From Chthoniobacteraceae bacterium (GTDB taxonomy: Bacteria > Verrucomicrobiota > Verrucomicrobiia > Chthoniobacterales > Chthoniobacteraceae), in the NCBI GenBank assembly GCA_037190965.1, contig JBBCKI010000048.1:10297-74296 (forward strand): a stretch of DNA of 64,000 bases, in the 5' to 3' direction. A program made the translations under genes and the position numbers. The notes under the pieces are model-generated. The model did no database searches. It worked only from the letters and a program-made list of their open reading frames with translations, and had not been told where the DNA came from. Below, in pieces: positions 35,434 to 43,753 of the stretch; the first letter of the stretch is position 1, and each line of letters opens with the position of its first letter.

Positions 35434-35586
35434 AGAGGTTCAGCGGGAAAAAGTGTTTTGGAATTACGAAGCCCAACCCAAAAGCTGCTTTGGACTTGCG
35501 CATCGCCTCCCTTGCAGAATGTACCACCCCAACTCGAAAGTTGGAAGCGGCATTGCACAGGGCAGACGCATCGGGTGCAGCGGCAA

Positions 35587-35747
35587 GGTAGTCCGCTCTC
35601 GCCGAGAGCGCGGGATCGATTGACGAGTCGCGTTTGGCGTCCATCCCCGCAGGACGGGCTGCTGCTTGTCGGGGCGGTCCCATGAAGCCACGGGAGCCAA
35701 ACCCCGCGCTCGGCGGCGCGAGCGGGCTACCGGTGCTGCCGCACCCC
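35587..35747 (-). repeat. MITE-like interspersed repeat, family A copy 2 (inverted orientation)
   Basis: The 145-bp core (35587-35731) has the same TIRs and internal box (ccatccccgcaggacgg) as copies 1 and 3. The flanking gtgctgccgcacccc corresponds to the leader of the other copies. Confidence 0.85.
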
Positions 35748-35774
35748 TCTGATTTGCGCGCTACGCCAGTCTCG

Positions 35775-38411
35775 CTACTTCCCGTCCTTCGACTCGGGCC
35801 GTACCACGGCCAGGATGGAAGGCGTGTCCGCAAAGTATTTTTGCGCGACCGCCTTCACTTCCTTCAGCGTGATCGCCTCGATCCGCGTCCGCAGGCGTCG
35901 GTAGTCATCGAAGCCCAGCCCGTAAAGCTCATCAAGGGCGCAAGCGTGCGCAAAGGCATCGTTGCTTTGATTGCGAATTTCCTGCTGCCCGAGCAGCTTT
36001 TCTTTCGCGCGGCGAAGCTCGTCCACCGTCAGCCCTTCCTTGGCCAGCTGGCTGATCTCATCGAGGAACTCGGCCTTGACCGCTTCCACCTTCGCGGGCG
36101 CGGTGCCCAAATAGAAAACAAACGGCCCGGGAACCAACCCCGCCAACTGGCTCGTGCCGACAAAATAGGCCAACCCCAGTTTTTCGCGGATGCGGATGAA
36201 GAAGCGCGAACCGAGATCACTGCTCGCTTCGTCGATCAACTCGAGGGCAAGACGATCCGGGCTATAAAGATCGGTGCCCCGATAGCCGATCATCACAATC
36301 GCCTGCGCCTTGTCTTTGAATTCCTCGACACTTTTCGCCTCGGTAAGCGGCGCCGGTTGCGGCAACTTCGCGAGCGCGGGCTCTCCCTTGGGGAGATTAC
36401 CAAGGGCCTTCTCCACCAGCGCCTTGACCTCGGCGGCCTTCACATCGCCGAAGACAGCGATGACCCCATTGCTTCCCGCGACATATTGCTGATGAAAAGC
36501 GGCGAGTTGATCGCGGTCCAGCGCCTTGACGCTTTCCACCGATCCATTGCCGCGCAAGCCATAGGGATGCCCCGGGTAGAGATTGCGCCTCAGGAGGTTA
36601 CGCGCCATCGTCGTCATCTCCTCCTCCTCGGCCTTGATGGAGGCAAGCTGCGCTTCCTTCTCGCGGGCAATCGCCTTTTCCGGGAACGCCGGATTGCGAA
36701 GCACATCCGCCAGAATCTCCAGCCCGGTGGCCAGATCGGGCTCCATGACCTTCACCGAAATGTTGAACGAGTTGTTCCCCGCCTCCGCGCCGATCCCGCC
36801 GCCGAGCGATTCGATTTCCTCGGCGATCTGTTCAGCGCTACGGGTTTTCGTCCCCTTGAGGAGCGTCCTCGAAAAAAGCTTGGTGATGCCGTTGGATTCC
36901 GTGTTCTCCACCAGCAGCCCGGCCTTGAAGGTCGCTACCATGGAAACGAGCGGCAACCGGGCATCTTCGCGAACGAGAAGCCGGAGGCCGTTGGAAAGCG
37001 TGAACTTCTGGATCTCCCCCGCCGCCAGCGGTGCCGCTTCCTGGGCCGCCGCCGCCAGCGAACCGACCGGGTTCAAGGAGGAGACCGTCAGGTTGCGATC
37101 TTCAAAGTAAGTCTGCAAAACGCGGGTGATATCGGCCACCGTCACTTTCTGCACCGCTTCAAGATAATCGCGGGTGAAGTCGAGGTTACGGATCAGCATC
37201 CAGTTCGTCCCGAGATCGGACGCCTTGCCGCGCGTGGTGGCGAGGCCGCTGAGATGTCCGGCGAGAGTCTGCTTCTTCGCCTTGGCGAGTTCCTCCGGCG
37301 TGATGCCGTCGCGTTTCAACTCTTCCAGGATCGCCAGCACCCCTTTTTGGACGGTCTCCCGTTTATCGGGGTCAAGGGTCGCATCGACGCCGAAAAGCCC
37401 AGGCTGCCCCGGGGTATAACACCAGGCGTGAATGGCATGGGCGGAGCCCTCCTCTTCACGCAGCTTGCGATAAAGGCGGCTGGAGCGCCCGCCCCCCAGC
37501 ACGAGCGCGAGAAGATCCAGCGCGGGCACGTCGGGATGGGTGACCTCCGGGATGTGCCACGCCATGTCGAGCCGGGTCAGCTCCGTCGGAAACTCCCGAT
37601 GCTCTTCGCGGCGGCCGAGTTGCATCGGCTCCTGCGGAATATAAACCGGAGCAATGGCCTGCCGGGGATATTTCTCGAAATAGGTCGCGATCTGTTTGTA
37701 GACCTCCTCGGCGTTGACATCGCCGACCACGACAAAAAAGAGGTTATTCGGCACGTACCGGGCCTTGTAATAGGCCATCACATCGTCGCGCGTCAGCGTG
37801 TTGTAGACGTCCAGATGCCCGATGACCGGATAACGGTAAGGGTGCTCGCGGTACGCGGTGGCAAAAAGTTTGCGCGAGCTCACCCGGTCCGGGTCATCCT
37901 CGCCCATGGCGAACTCGCGACGGATCACCTCCTGCTCCTTGACGTATTCTTCCGCCGGGAGCGTGGAGTTCATCATCGCGTCGGCAAGAATATCGATCGC
38001 CGTCGCGGTGCCCTTGGAGGGGAGATCGATCCAGTAGACCGTCCGCTCAAACGAGGTATAGGCGTTGATGTAACCGCCGAGATCCTGCACCGACTGCGCG
38101 ATCTCGTTCGGTTGGCGCGTGGTCGTCCCCTTAAAGAGCATGTGCTCCAAAATATGGGAGAGCCCCGCGCCGAGCTGTTTATCCTCGGTGATCGACCCCG
38201 TCTCGCACCACGCCTGCACGCTGGCTACCGGCGCGGAGTGATCTTCCTGCACGATCACCACAAGCCCATTGGGCAACGTCCATTGCCGCGCGGTCGTGGC
38301 GGGGAAAATGCCGGAGGCGGCAGCGGAAAGTTCAGGCTTGGCTTTTTGAGCTTCGGATAAAGTCGGCATGAGGAAAAAAACGGTCGCGAGCGCCGCAGAG
38401 ATGCCTTTCAT
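35775..38411 (-). CDS. Tandem M16 (pitrilysin/insulinase) family zinc peptidase, secreted
   Basis: The 878-aa ORF has a signal peptide, the HILEHMLFKGT (HxxEH) motif in the first half and a second, inactive-type M16 unit. Confidence 0.9.
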   Translation of the reverse strand: MKGISAALATVFFLMPTLSEAQKAKPELSAAASGIFPATTARQWTLPNGLVVIVQEDHSAPVASVQAWCETGSITEDKQLGAGLSHILEHMLFKGTTTRQPNEIAQSVQDLGGYINAYTSFERTVYWIDLPSKGTATAIDILADAMMNSTLPAEEYVKEQEVIRREFAMGEDDPDRVSSRKLFATAYREHPYRYPVIGHLDVYNTLTRDDVMAYYKARYVPNNLFFVVVGDVNAEEVYKQIATYFEKYPRQAIAPVYIPQEPMQLGRREEHREFPTELTRLDMAWHIPEVTHPDVPALDLLALVLGGGRSSRLYRKLREEEGSAHAIHAWCYTPGQPGLFGVDATLDPDKRETVQKGVLAILEELKRDGITPEELAKAKKQTLAGHLSGLATTRGKASDLGTNWMLIRNLDFTRDYLEAVQKVTVADITRVLQTYFEDRNLTVSSLNPVGSLAAAAQEAAPLAAGEIQKFTLSNGLRLLVREDARLPLVSMVATFKAGLLVENTESNGITKLFSRTLLKGTKTRSAEQIAEEIESLGGGIGAEAGNNSFNISVKVMEPDLATGLEILADVLRNPAFPEKAIAREKEAQLASIKAEEEEMTTMARNLLRRNLYPGHPYGLRGNGSVESVKALDRDQLAAFHQQYVAGSNGVIAVFGDVKAAEVKALVEKALGNLPKGEPALAKLPQPAPLTEAKSVEEFKDKAQAIVMIGYRGTDLYSPDRLALELIDEASSDLGSRFFIRIREKLGLAYFVGTSQLAGLVPGPFVFYLGTAPAKVEAVKAEFLDEISQLAKEGLTVDELRRAKEKLLGQQEIRNQSNDAFAHACALDELYGLGFDDYRRLRTRIEAITLKEVKAVAQKYFADTPSILAVVRPESKDGK

Positions 38412-38438
38412 AAGGCAAAAAACAGAAAAACCTACGTC

Positions 38439-38942
38439 CTACCCTTCTTTGCCGTCGCTCTTGGCGGCGACGCTCTTGCGCTTGGGCGCACGGGTGGGGA
38501 GCGAAGCAGGGACCACGGCCAACACCGGCTTTTCAGGCAGGTAAGGCTTCACGAAGGCTTCGTGGAAATCGTAGCAGTTCTTGAAATCCTCGATGCTGTC
38601 GGTCTCCGTTTTACCAAAGATCCCCGCGTTGATGAGGTTGAAAACCATATGCCCGACATCGGTGCATTCCTTGACGCCCCAGGTATCGAAGACCGTGGGC
38701 ACCATCGGGCCGAACTCCTGAATCGCAAACTGGCGCACTCCTTCGAGCAATTCCGGCCCCGTGACATGCCGGGAGAGATCGGACTTCTGTTTCTTCCGAC
38801 TTTTGATGGTGAAATCGAGAGCGTCCCGCAGGAAGAGATACGCCTCTTTATCGAAGCGTCTGTCTTCGGCGACAATCTGATCCAAGGCTTCCGCGAAACC
38901 GATTTTCTGCATAATAATTTGGATTTCAACGCGTTCCGTCAC
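38439..38942 (-). CDS. Conserved hypothetical protein (resembles the Planctomycete/Verrucomicrobia-restricted Minf_1886-type family; assignment from memory)
   Basis: The 167-aa ORF is directly upstream of the M16 gene. An alternative start is the ATG at 38912 (MQKIGF...). No enzymatic motif was recognised. Confidence 0.7.
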   Translation of the reverse strand: MTERVEIQIIMQKIGFAEALDQIVAEDRRFDKEAYLFLRDALDFTIKSRKKQKSDLSRHVTGPELLEGVRQFAIQEFGPMVPTVFDTWGVKECTDVGHMVFNLINAGIFGKTETDSIEDFKNCYDFHEAFVKPYLPEKPVLAVVPASLPTRAPKRKSVAAKSDGKEG

Positions 38943-39099
38943 CCGAGGCGTGCTTCCGCACCTCTCCCGCCGCCCCCACCTTCCGTGAGAGCCCAGGGCC
39001 CTCCCCTGGATGCCGGAACCAGCGCACTGTTATTCCGATCGTAATCGAAATCAACACTGCGCCCACGAGAATCGCCTCGCGATGGGTCAACCGAAACAT
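38926..39099 (-). CDS. Candidate 57-aa single-pass membrane protein
   Basis: Hand-found ORF MFRLTHREAILVGAVLISITIGITVRWFRHPGEGPG.... It overlaps the annotated GTG start of the downstream gene by 17 nt and is below the track cutoff. Confidence 0.3.
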   Translation of the reverse strand: MFRLTHREAILVGAVLISITIGITVRWFRHPGEGPGLSRKVGAAGEVRKHASGDGTR

Positions 39100-39274
39100 G
39101 CTGAAACCCCGGGAGCCTACGCGGAGGGAAGAGGAGCGTCAACTCTCCCGGAAGCCCCGGAGTTTGCGGGGCTCCCTTAATTCCTCTCGCCTCCCTAGGC
39201 CCTTCCCCTCTTCAGAGAGGCGCAATCTCCATTGCCGCTCCGAATCCCGTAGAAGAAAAAATGAAATCCTCTCA

Positions 39275-39302
39275 TTGACAACCGGCGATCACCCCCTAGG
39301 AT
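39275..39302 (+). promoter_or_regulatory. Candidate sigma-70 promoter of rpsU (TTGACA-16-TAGGAT)
   Basis: There is a perfect -35 hexamer at 39275-39280 and a TAnnnT -10 at 39297-39302. This would give a leader of about 130 nt. Confidence 0.35.
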
Positions 39303-39441
39303 TCCCCTTCGCGCTGGCCCAGTATTTACAGCAGCCGCGTCTGAAGAAATTCGAGAGCCACCACTCGAGGATCTGAAAAAAAATTAAAAAATTTAGCCCG
39401 ACTTAACCGTCTTTTAGACCAGGACCGAAAAGGAGAAAACC

Positions 39442-39636
39442 ATGCCAGAAGTTGTCGTTCGCAAAGGGGAACCCATCGACCGCGCATTGAAGCGTTTGAA
39501 GAACAAGCTCGATTCCGAAGGGGTGATGGAAGAAGTTCGCCGTCTGCGCGCCTTCGAAACCCCGACGCAAAAGACCAAGCGCAAAGCCAAAGCCAACGCC
39601 AAGCGCATGAAGATGAAGTTCCGCTTCAGCTCCTAG
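39442..39636 (+). CDS. rpsU: 30S ribosomal protein S21
   Basis: MPEVVVRKGEPIDRALKRLKNKLDSEGVMEEVRRLRAFETP is canonical S21. AAGGAG lies 8 nt upstream of the start. Confidence 0.93.
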   Translation: MPEVVVRKGEPIDRALKRLKNKLDSEGVMEEVRRLRAFETPTQKTKRKAKANAKRMKMKFRFSS

Positions 39637-39676
39637 CGTCCAAAAAATTTCGCGCATTTAGCTGCGCCCCCTACAA

Positions 39677-39722
39677 ACAGCCACTGCTTCGCGGATTCTG
39701 CGGGCAGTGGCTGTTTTTTTGC
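39677..39722 (+). terminator. Rho-independent terminator of rpsU
   Basis: An 11-bp stem (acagccactgc ... gcagtggctgt) is followed by a T7 tract. Confidence 0.8.
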
Positions 39723-39853
39723 AGAAATCGGATTGCGGAATGCGCGCCGGAGGCGCGGCAAAAGCTCACCCCTCGTTCCCAATCTCCAGATTGGGAACGC
39801 CCTTGTCTTCGAATCTTCGGTTCGTCCGCTTACGGGATTCCCAAGGCGTCCCC

Positions 39854-40477
39854 CTACCCCACCGCCAGATCCAACTCCGTCTGTCCCGGCTCGATCACCA
39901 GAAGCGGTGGCCGTCCCAGGAGGTTTGAGAGCATTTCTCTGTTCGTCGCCCCAGCGACATCCCCTGCGGGCTCCGTTTCGTTGAAAATGAACCCGGCAAA
40001 GGGAATCCCGCGCCGCTCGATGTCGCGCACGGTTAGGAGCGTGTGATTGATCGCGCCGAGCCTGTTTTTCACCACGACCGCCACGGGGAGGGCAAACTCC
40101 GCCGCGAGGTCGGCCACGAAAAAATCGCGCTCGATCGGCACGAGCCATCCCCCCACCCCTTCGACGATGAGCGAACGATGCCGCGCCCGGAGGGATTGGA
40201 ACACCTCCCGAATCAGGGCCAGATCGACCGGACGGTTCTCCACCATCGCGGCGGTATAGGGAGCCGCCGGGGTTCGAAACCAGACCGGGTTGATCACGTT
40301 GAGCGGCTCCTCGCCGTCGCAGGCGCGGTGCAGCACCTCCGCGTCCTCCCGGTCACCCGCGCAGATCGGCTTCATCGGCGCGGTGTCAAACCCCGCCCGG
40401 CGCAAGGCACGGACGAGAAGCGACGCGACGTGGGTTTTGCCCACGCCGGTATCGGTCCCTGTCAGGAAGAGATTCAT
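39854..40477 (-). CDS. bioD: Dethiobiotin synthetase
   Basis: The N-terminus MNLFLTGTDTGVGKTHVASLL carries a P-loop. The ORF is 207 aa, and its start overlaps the glmM stop. Confidence 0.88.
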   Translation of the reverse strand: MNLFLTGTDTGVGKTHVASLLVRALRRAGFDTAPMKPICAGDREDAEVLHRACDGEEPLNVINPVWFRTPAAPYTAAMVENRPVDLALIREVFQSLRARHRSLIVEGVGGWLVPIERDFFVADLAAEFALPVAVVVKNRLGAINHTLLTVRDIERRGIPFAGFIFNETEPAGDVAGATNREMLSNLLGRPPLLVIEPGQTELDLAVG

Positions 40478-41877
40478 ACGCCGATCTTTTCAAGGATCGC
40501 CCCGGCGATCCTGTCCGCGTGCGCGGAAATGTGCGTGTCGTCGCGCCCCTCGATCAGAAGCCGGATCTTCGGCTCCGTCCCCGAGTAGCGAAGCAGCACG
40601 CGACCTGCCCCCTTGAGTGAGGCTTCCGCCTCTTTGACCAGCGCGAGTACTTCGGGAAGCTGCTCCAAGGGACGCTTCTCGCGAACTTTGAGATTCCGTT
40701 GCGCTTGCGGGTACTTCCGCAGGCACTTCTTGAGTTCGCTGAGCGGGACGCCCGTTTCGGTCATGATCCGGAGGATCTGAAGCGCGCTCACGATCCCGTC
40801 GCCGGTGGTCGAATAATCGTTGAAGATCATGTGGCCGCTCTGTTCGCCGCCGACATTGTAACCGCCGCGCATCATTTCTTCGATCACGTAACGGTCGCCA
40901 ACCTTCGTGCGGATAACCCGCCCCCCGGCGCTGGAAAGCGTTTCGTCGAGGCCGAAGTTGCTCATGATCGTGGCGACCAGCGTGTTGCTGATCAGCCGCC
41001 CCTGCCGAAGCAGGTCGAGCGCGGCGATCGCCATAATCTCATCCCCGTCCACGACTTCGCCACTTTCATCGCACAACAGGACGCGATCCGCGTCGCCGTC
41101 GTGGCTGATTCCAACGCGCGCGCCGGTTTCCTTGACGAGCCGGGCGATCTCCTCGGGGTGCGTGCTGCCGCAGTTCGCGTTGATGTTACGACCGTTTGGC
41201 GCATTGTGAGCCACGATCAGATCGGCCCCCAACTCGCGAAGAATGCACGGGCTAGATTTGTAAGCGGCTCCGTTGGCGCAATCGAGGACGACCTTCATCC
41301 CCTCGAGCGTCAATCCTCGGGGGAAGCTCGCCTTGGCGTACTCGATGTAGCGGCCCAGGGCGTCGTCGATGCGCGTGGCGCGGCCAATGTTATCGGCGGT
41401 GGGGCGGATCGACTCGATCTCGCCGCTGAAAACCAAGTTCTCGATCTTCGCCTCGATGGCATCGTCGAGCTTGTAGCCGTCATGCCGGAAAAACTTGATC
41501 CCGTTATCCTCGTAAGGATTGTGCGAGGCGCTCAGGACAATCCCCGCGTCGGCCCGCAGCGAACGGGTGATATAGGCGACCCCGGGGGTCGGCAGCGGCC
41601 CGATTACGAGCACATCGACGCCGAGCGAGGTGATCCCCGCGACGAGCGCATTCTCCAGCATGTAGCCGGAAATCCGCGTGTCTTTGCCGATGACGATCTT
41701 GGGGCGCACGCCGTCGCGATGCGCGCGTGGCGCCAGAGTGGTGATGATGTGAGCGGCGGCACGGCCAAGCTTGAGCGCCGTTTCAGCCGTTACCGGCTCG
41801 ACATTGGCGACGCCGCGCACGCCATCGGTGCCGAAGATTTTACGGGGGAGTGAGGAAGGATTAGTGGTGGATGACAT
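40474..41877 (-). CDS. glmM: Phosphoglucosamine mutase
   Basis: The 467-aa ORF starts GTDGVRG and has the active-site motif SASHNPYEDNGIKFF. Confidence 0.94.
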   Translation of the reverse strand: MSSTTNPSSLPRKIFGTDGVRGVANVEPVTAETALKLGRAAAHIITTLAPRAHRDGVRPKIVIGKDTRISGYMLENALVAGITSLGVDVLVIGPLPTPGVAYITRSLRADAGIVLSASHNPYEDNGIKFFRHDGYKLDDAIEAKIENLVFSGEIESIRPTADNIGRATRIDDALGRYIEYAKASFPRGLTLEGMKVVLDCANGAAYKSSPCILRELGADLIVAHNAPNGRNINANCGSTHPEEIARLVKETGARVGISHDGDADRVLLCDESGEVVDGDEIMAIAALDLLRQGRLISNTLVATIMSNFGLDETLSSAGGRVIRTKVGDRYVIEEMMRGGYNVGGEQSGHMIFNDYSTTGDGIVSALQILRIMTETGVPLSELKKCLRKYPQAQRNLKVREKRPLEQLPEVLALVKEAEASLKGAGRVLLRYSGTEPKIRLLIEGRDDTHISAHADRIAGAILEKIGV

Positions 41878-42004
41878 CAGAATGGGCAGGATTATAGCTC
41901 CTCGACGTTGTATCGATGTTCTTTTTTATGAGAAACCAGAGGGTTGTCGCGATCAGCAGCGAGACGAGCTTCGCCCCCCAATTGTTCAGAATCAGATTCT
42001 TCAT
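41861..42004 (-). CDS. 47-codon YbbR/CdaR-like N-terminal membrane-anchor ORF (vestigial cdaR?) overlapping cdaA and glmM
   Basis: MKNLILNNWGAKLVSLLIATTLWFLIKKNIDTTS... resembles the CdaR N-terminus (compare B. subtilis MDKFLNNRWAVKIIALLFALLLYV, from memory). By hand count, GC3 in this frame is 27 of 37 codons against 13 of 37 for the cdaA frame over the same DNA. Confidence 0.45.
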   Translation of the reverse strand: MKNLILNNWGAKLVSLLIATTLWFLIKKNIDTTSRSYNPAHSDVIHH

Positions 42005-42779
42005 ACTTTTCGAGCAACAGCAGTTGGCCAAGACGGCGCTTAAAACTATCAGGGTCGAAGTTCCGTTCGACACGACCCCGGTGGCAAATGGAAACAATCC
42101 CCGTCTCCTCGCTCACGACGATGGTAATGGCATCGCTCTCTTCGGTGATCCCGAGTCCGGCACGATGCCGCAAGCCAAGGTTGCGATCCAGATCGTGGCG
42201 CTGGCTGATCGGGAAAACGCAGGCCGCCGCGAGCACGCGGTCGTTACGGATAATCACGCCGCCGTCGTGGAGGGGCGTTTTTGGATGGAAAAAAGTCACC
42301 AGCAACTCCGGCGATAGCTCGGAATCGACCTTCACACCGGTCTCGGCCATCGGGTGCAGATTGGTGTCGCGCTCAAGGGCGATCAGCGCGCCGAACTGCC
42401 GGTTGGAGAGTTCGAAGGCGGTCTCCGTCAGGAGCTCGATGGTTTCCCGGTTCTGGGTGACCGTTGCAAAAACATGCTGGCTCCCGAGCGCCGCCAGCGC
42501 CCGCCGCAGTTCCGGCTGAAAGATCACGACAAGGGCGATGGCGAGAAAGGCGGTGAACGAACGGATCAACCAGTAAATGACCTCCAACTGAAGGAGTTGC
42601 GAAATCAGCGTGAACGTCAGCAACAACCCGAGAAGCCCGGTCAGCACCTTGGCCCCGCGCGTGCCGCGGAAGTAAAGGTAGCTGTAGTAAATGACGACCG
42701 TCAGAATCGCGATCTCCAGCGGAGAGCGCCAGCTCTCCGCGATGAAGTCGAATACGCGGCTCAATCCGTCGGCAATCAT
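41892..42779 (-). CDS. cdaA: Diadenylate cyclase CdaA (membrane-bound DAC domain protein)
   Basis: The protein has three N-terminal TM helices and the DAC motifs TPLHDGGVII and LGLRHRAGLGITE. The last 37 or so codons have atypical low-GC3 usage. Confidence 0.9.
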   Translation of the reverse strand: MIADGLSRVFDFIAESWRSPLEIAILTVVIYYSYLYFRGTRGAKVLTGLLGLLLTFTLISQLLQLEVIYWLIRSFTAFLAIALVVIFQPELRRALAALGSQHVFATVTQNRETIELLTETAFELSNRQFGALIALERDTNLHPMAETGVKVDSELSPELLVTFFHPKTPLHDGGVIIRNDRVLAAACVFPISQRHDLDRNLGLRHRAGLGITEESDAITIVVSEETGIVSICHRGRVERNFDPDSFKRRLGQLLLLEKYEESDSEQLGGEARLAADRDNPLVSHKKEHRYNVEEL

Positions 42780-43618
42780 GGTGAAAGAATCGCGTCGGCC
42801 ACTCGAAGCGCCTCCACATTGGGTTTCACGTCATGAACCCGAAGCACCTGCGCCCCCAGTTCACGACCCAGGCTTGTCATCGCCACCGTGGGCCAGAGCC
42901 GCTGCTCAGGATCGCTGTTGTCGGTCAGCTTCCCAAGAAATGATTTCCGGGAAACTCCGAGGACGATGGGCCGTTCTGCCGCCCGCAAGTCTTCCAACCG
43001 CCGCAGCAGCATCAGATTGTGCGCCTGCGTTTTTCCAAAACCGATTCCCGGATCCAATGCGATGCACTCGGCAGCAATGCCCGCCCCGACTGCCCGCAAA
43101 TACCTTTGCCTGAGGAACTCCCTTACCTCCGGGATCAGGTCGCCGTACCATGGACCATCCTGCATATTTTTAGGGGTACCCTTCATGTGCATCAGGACAA
43201 TCCCAGCACCGCTCTCCGCAATAACCTTGAGCATCTCGGGATCGCGGAGCGCCGTGATGTCGTTGACGATCTCCGCACCCCGTTCCACGGCGGCGCGCGC
43301 CACGGCGGGCTTGTACGTGTCGATCGAGATGGCGGCTTTCAGGCGACCCTGGAGGAGTTCCAGAACCGGAATCACCCGGGCGAGTTCCTCCTCTTCCGAC
43401 ACGGGGTCCGAGCCGGGGCGGGTCGATTCCCCGCCAATGTCGATGATTTCCGCCCCCTCGGCCTCCATCTGCAAGGCATGTTCAACGGCCGCCTCAGGGG
43501 CCTTAGGGGAACCAAAACACCCCGCGTCAGAGAACGAATCGGGCGTCAGGTTGAGAATGCCCATGATCGCCCCGCGCGAGCGGAAGTCGAATTCGCGATT
43601 TTTGGTCTTCCAAATCAT
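42776..43618 (-). CDS. folP: Dihydropteroate synthase
   Basis: I placed the start at MIWKTKNREFDFRSRGAIMGILNLTPDSFSD (ATG at 43616-43618). The pterin-binding motifs are present. The track ORF extends to 43786. Confidence 0.9.
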   Translation of the reverse strand: MIWKTKNREFDFRSRGAIMGILNLTPDSFSDAGCFGSPKAPEAAVEHALQMEAEGAEIIDIGGESTRPGSDPVSEEEELARVIPVLELLQGRLKAAISIDTYKPAVARAAVERGAEIVNDITALRDPEMLKVIAESGAGIVLMHMKGTPKNMQDGPWYGDLIPEVREFLRQRYLRAVGAGIAAECIALDPGIGFGKTQAHNLMLLRRLEDLRAAERPIVLGVSRKSFLGKLTDNSDPEQRLWPTVAMTSLGRELGAQVLRVHDVKPNVEALRVADAILSP

Positions 43619-43753
43619 CGTTTCAAAGTTTCGAATTGAAGTCACGGTTCCCTGGCAGCCGCGCGAAAGGGGTCCGGTAGGTTTATTAAATTGAGGATCG
43701 AGGCGACTCAAGCGGCAACGGTCGTCTTTCCGTATCAAAACAGAACGAAGCTC

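Noticed and set aside
35634-38360. A 908-aa plus-strand ORF opposite the M16 peptidase. Similar long antisense ORFs occur at 4901-7015 (opposite fusA), 13409-15469, 40699-41853, 42888-43694 and 8746-9579.
   Set aside because: All of these are antisense shadows of well-supported genes in a high-GC3 genome. Their compositions are R/G/D/L-rich with no recognisable domains. Several also run through intergenic repeats.
41861-42097. The full 78-aa track ORF on the minus strand overlapping cdaA.
   Set aside because: Only the distal 47 codons, from ATG 42004, look like a CdaR-type anchor with native GC3. The upstream 31 codons lie inside the well-conserved part of cdaA and are presumably shadow frame.
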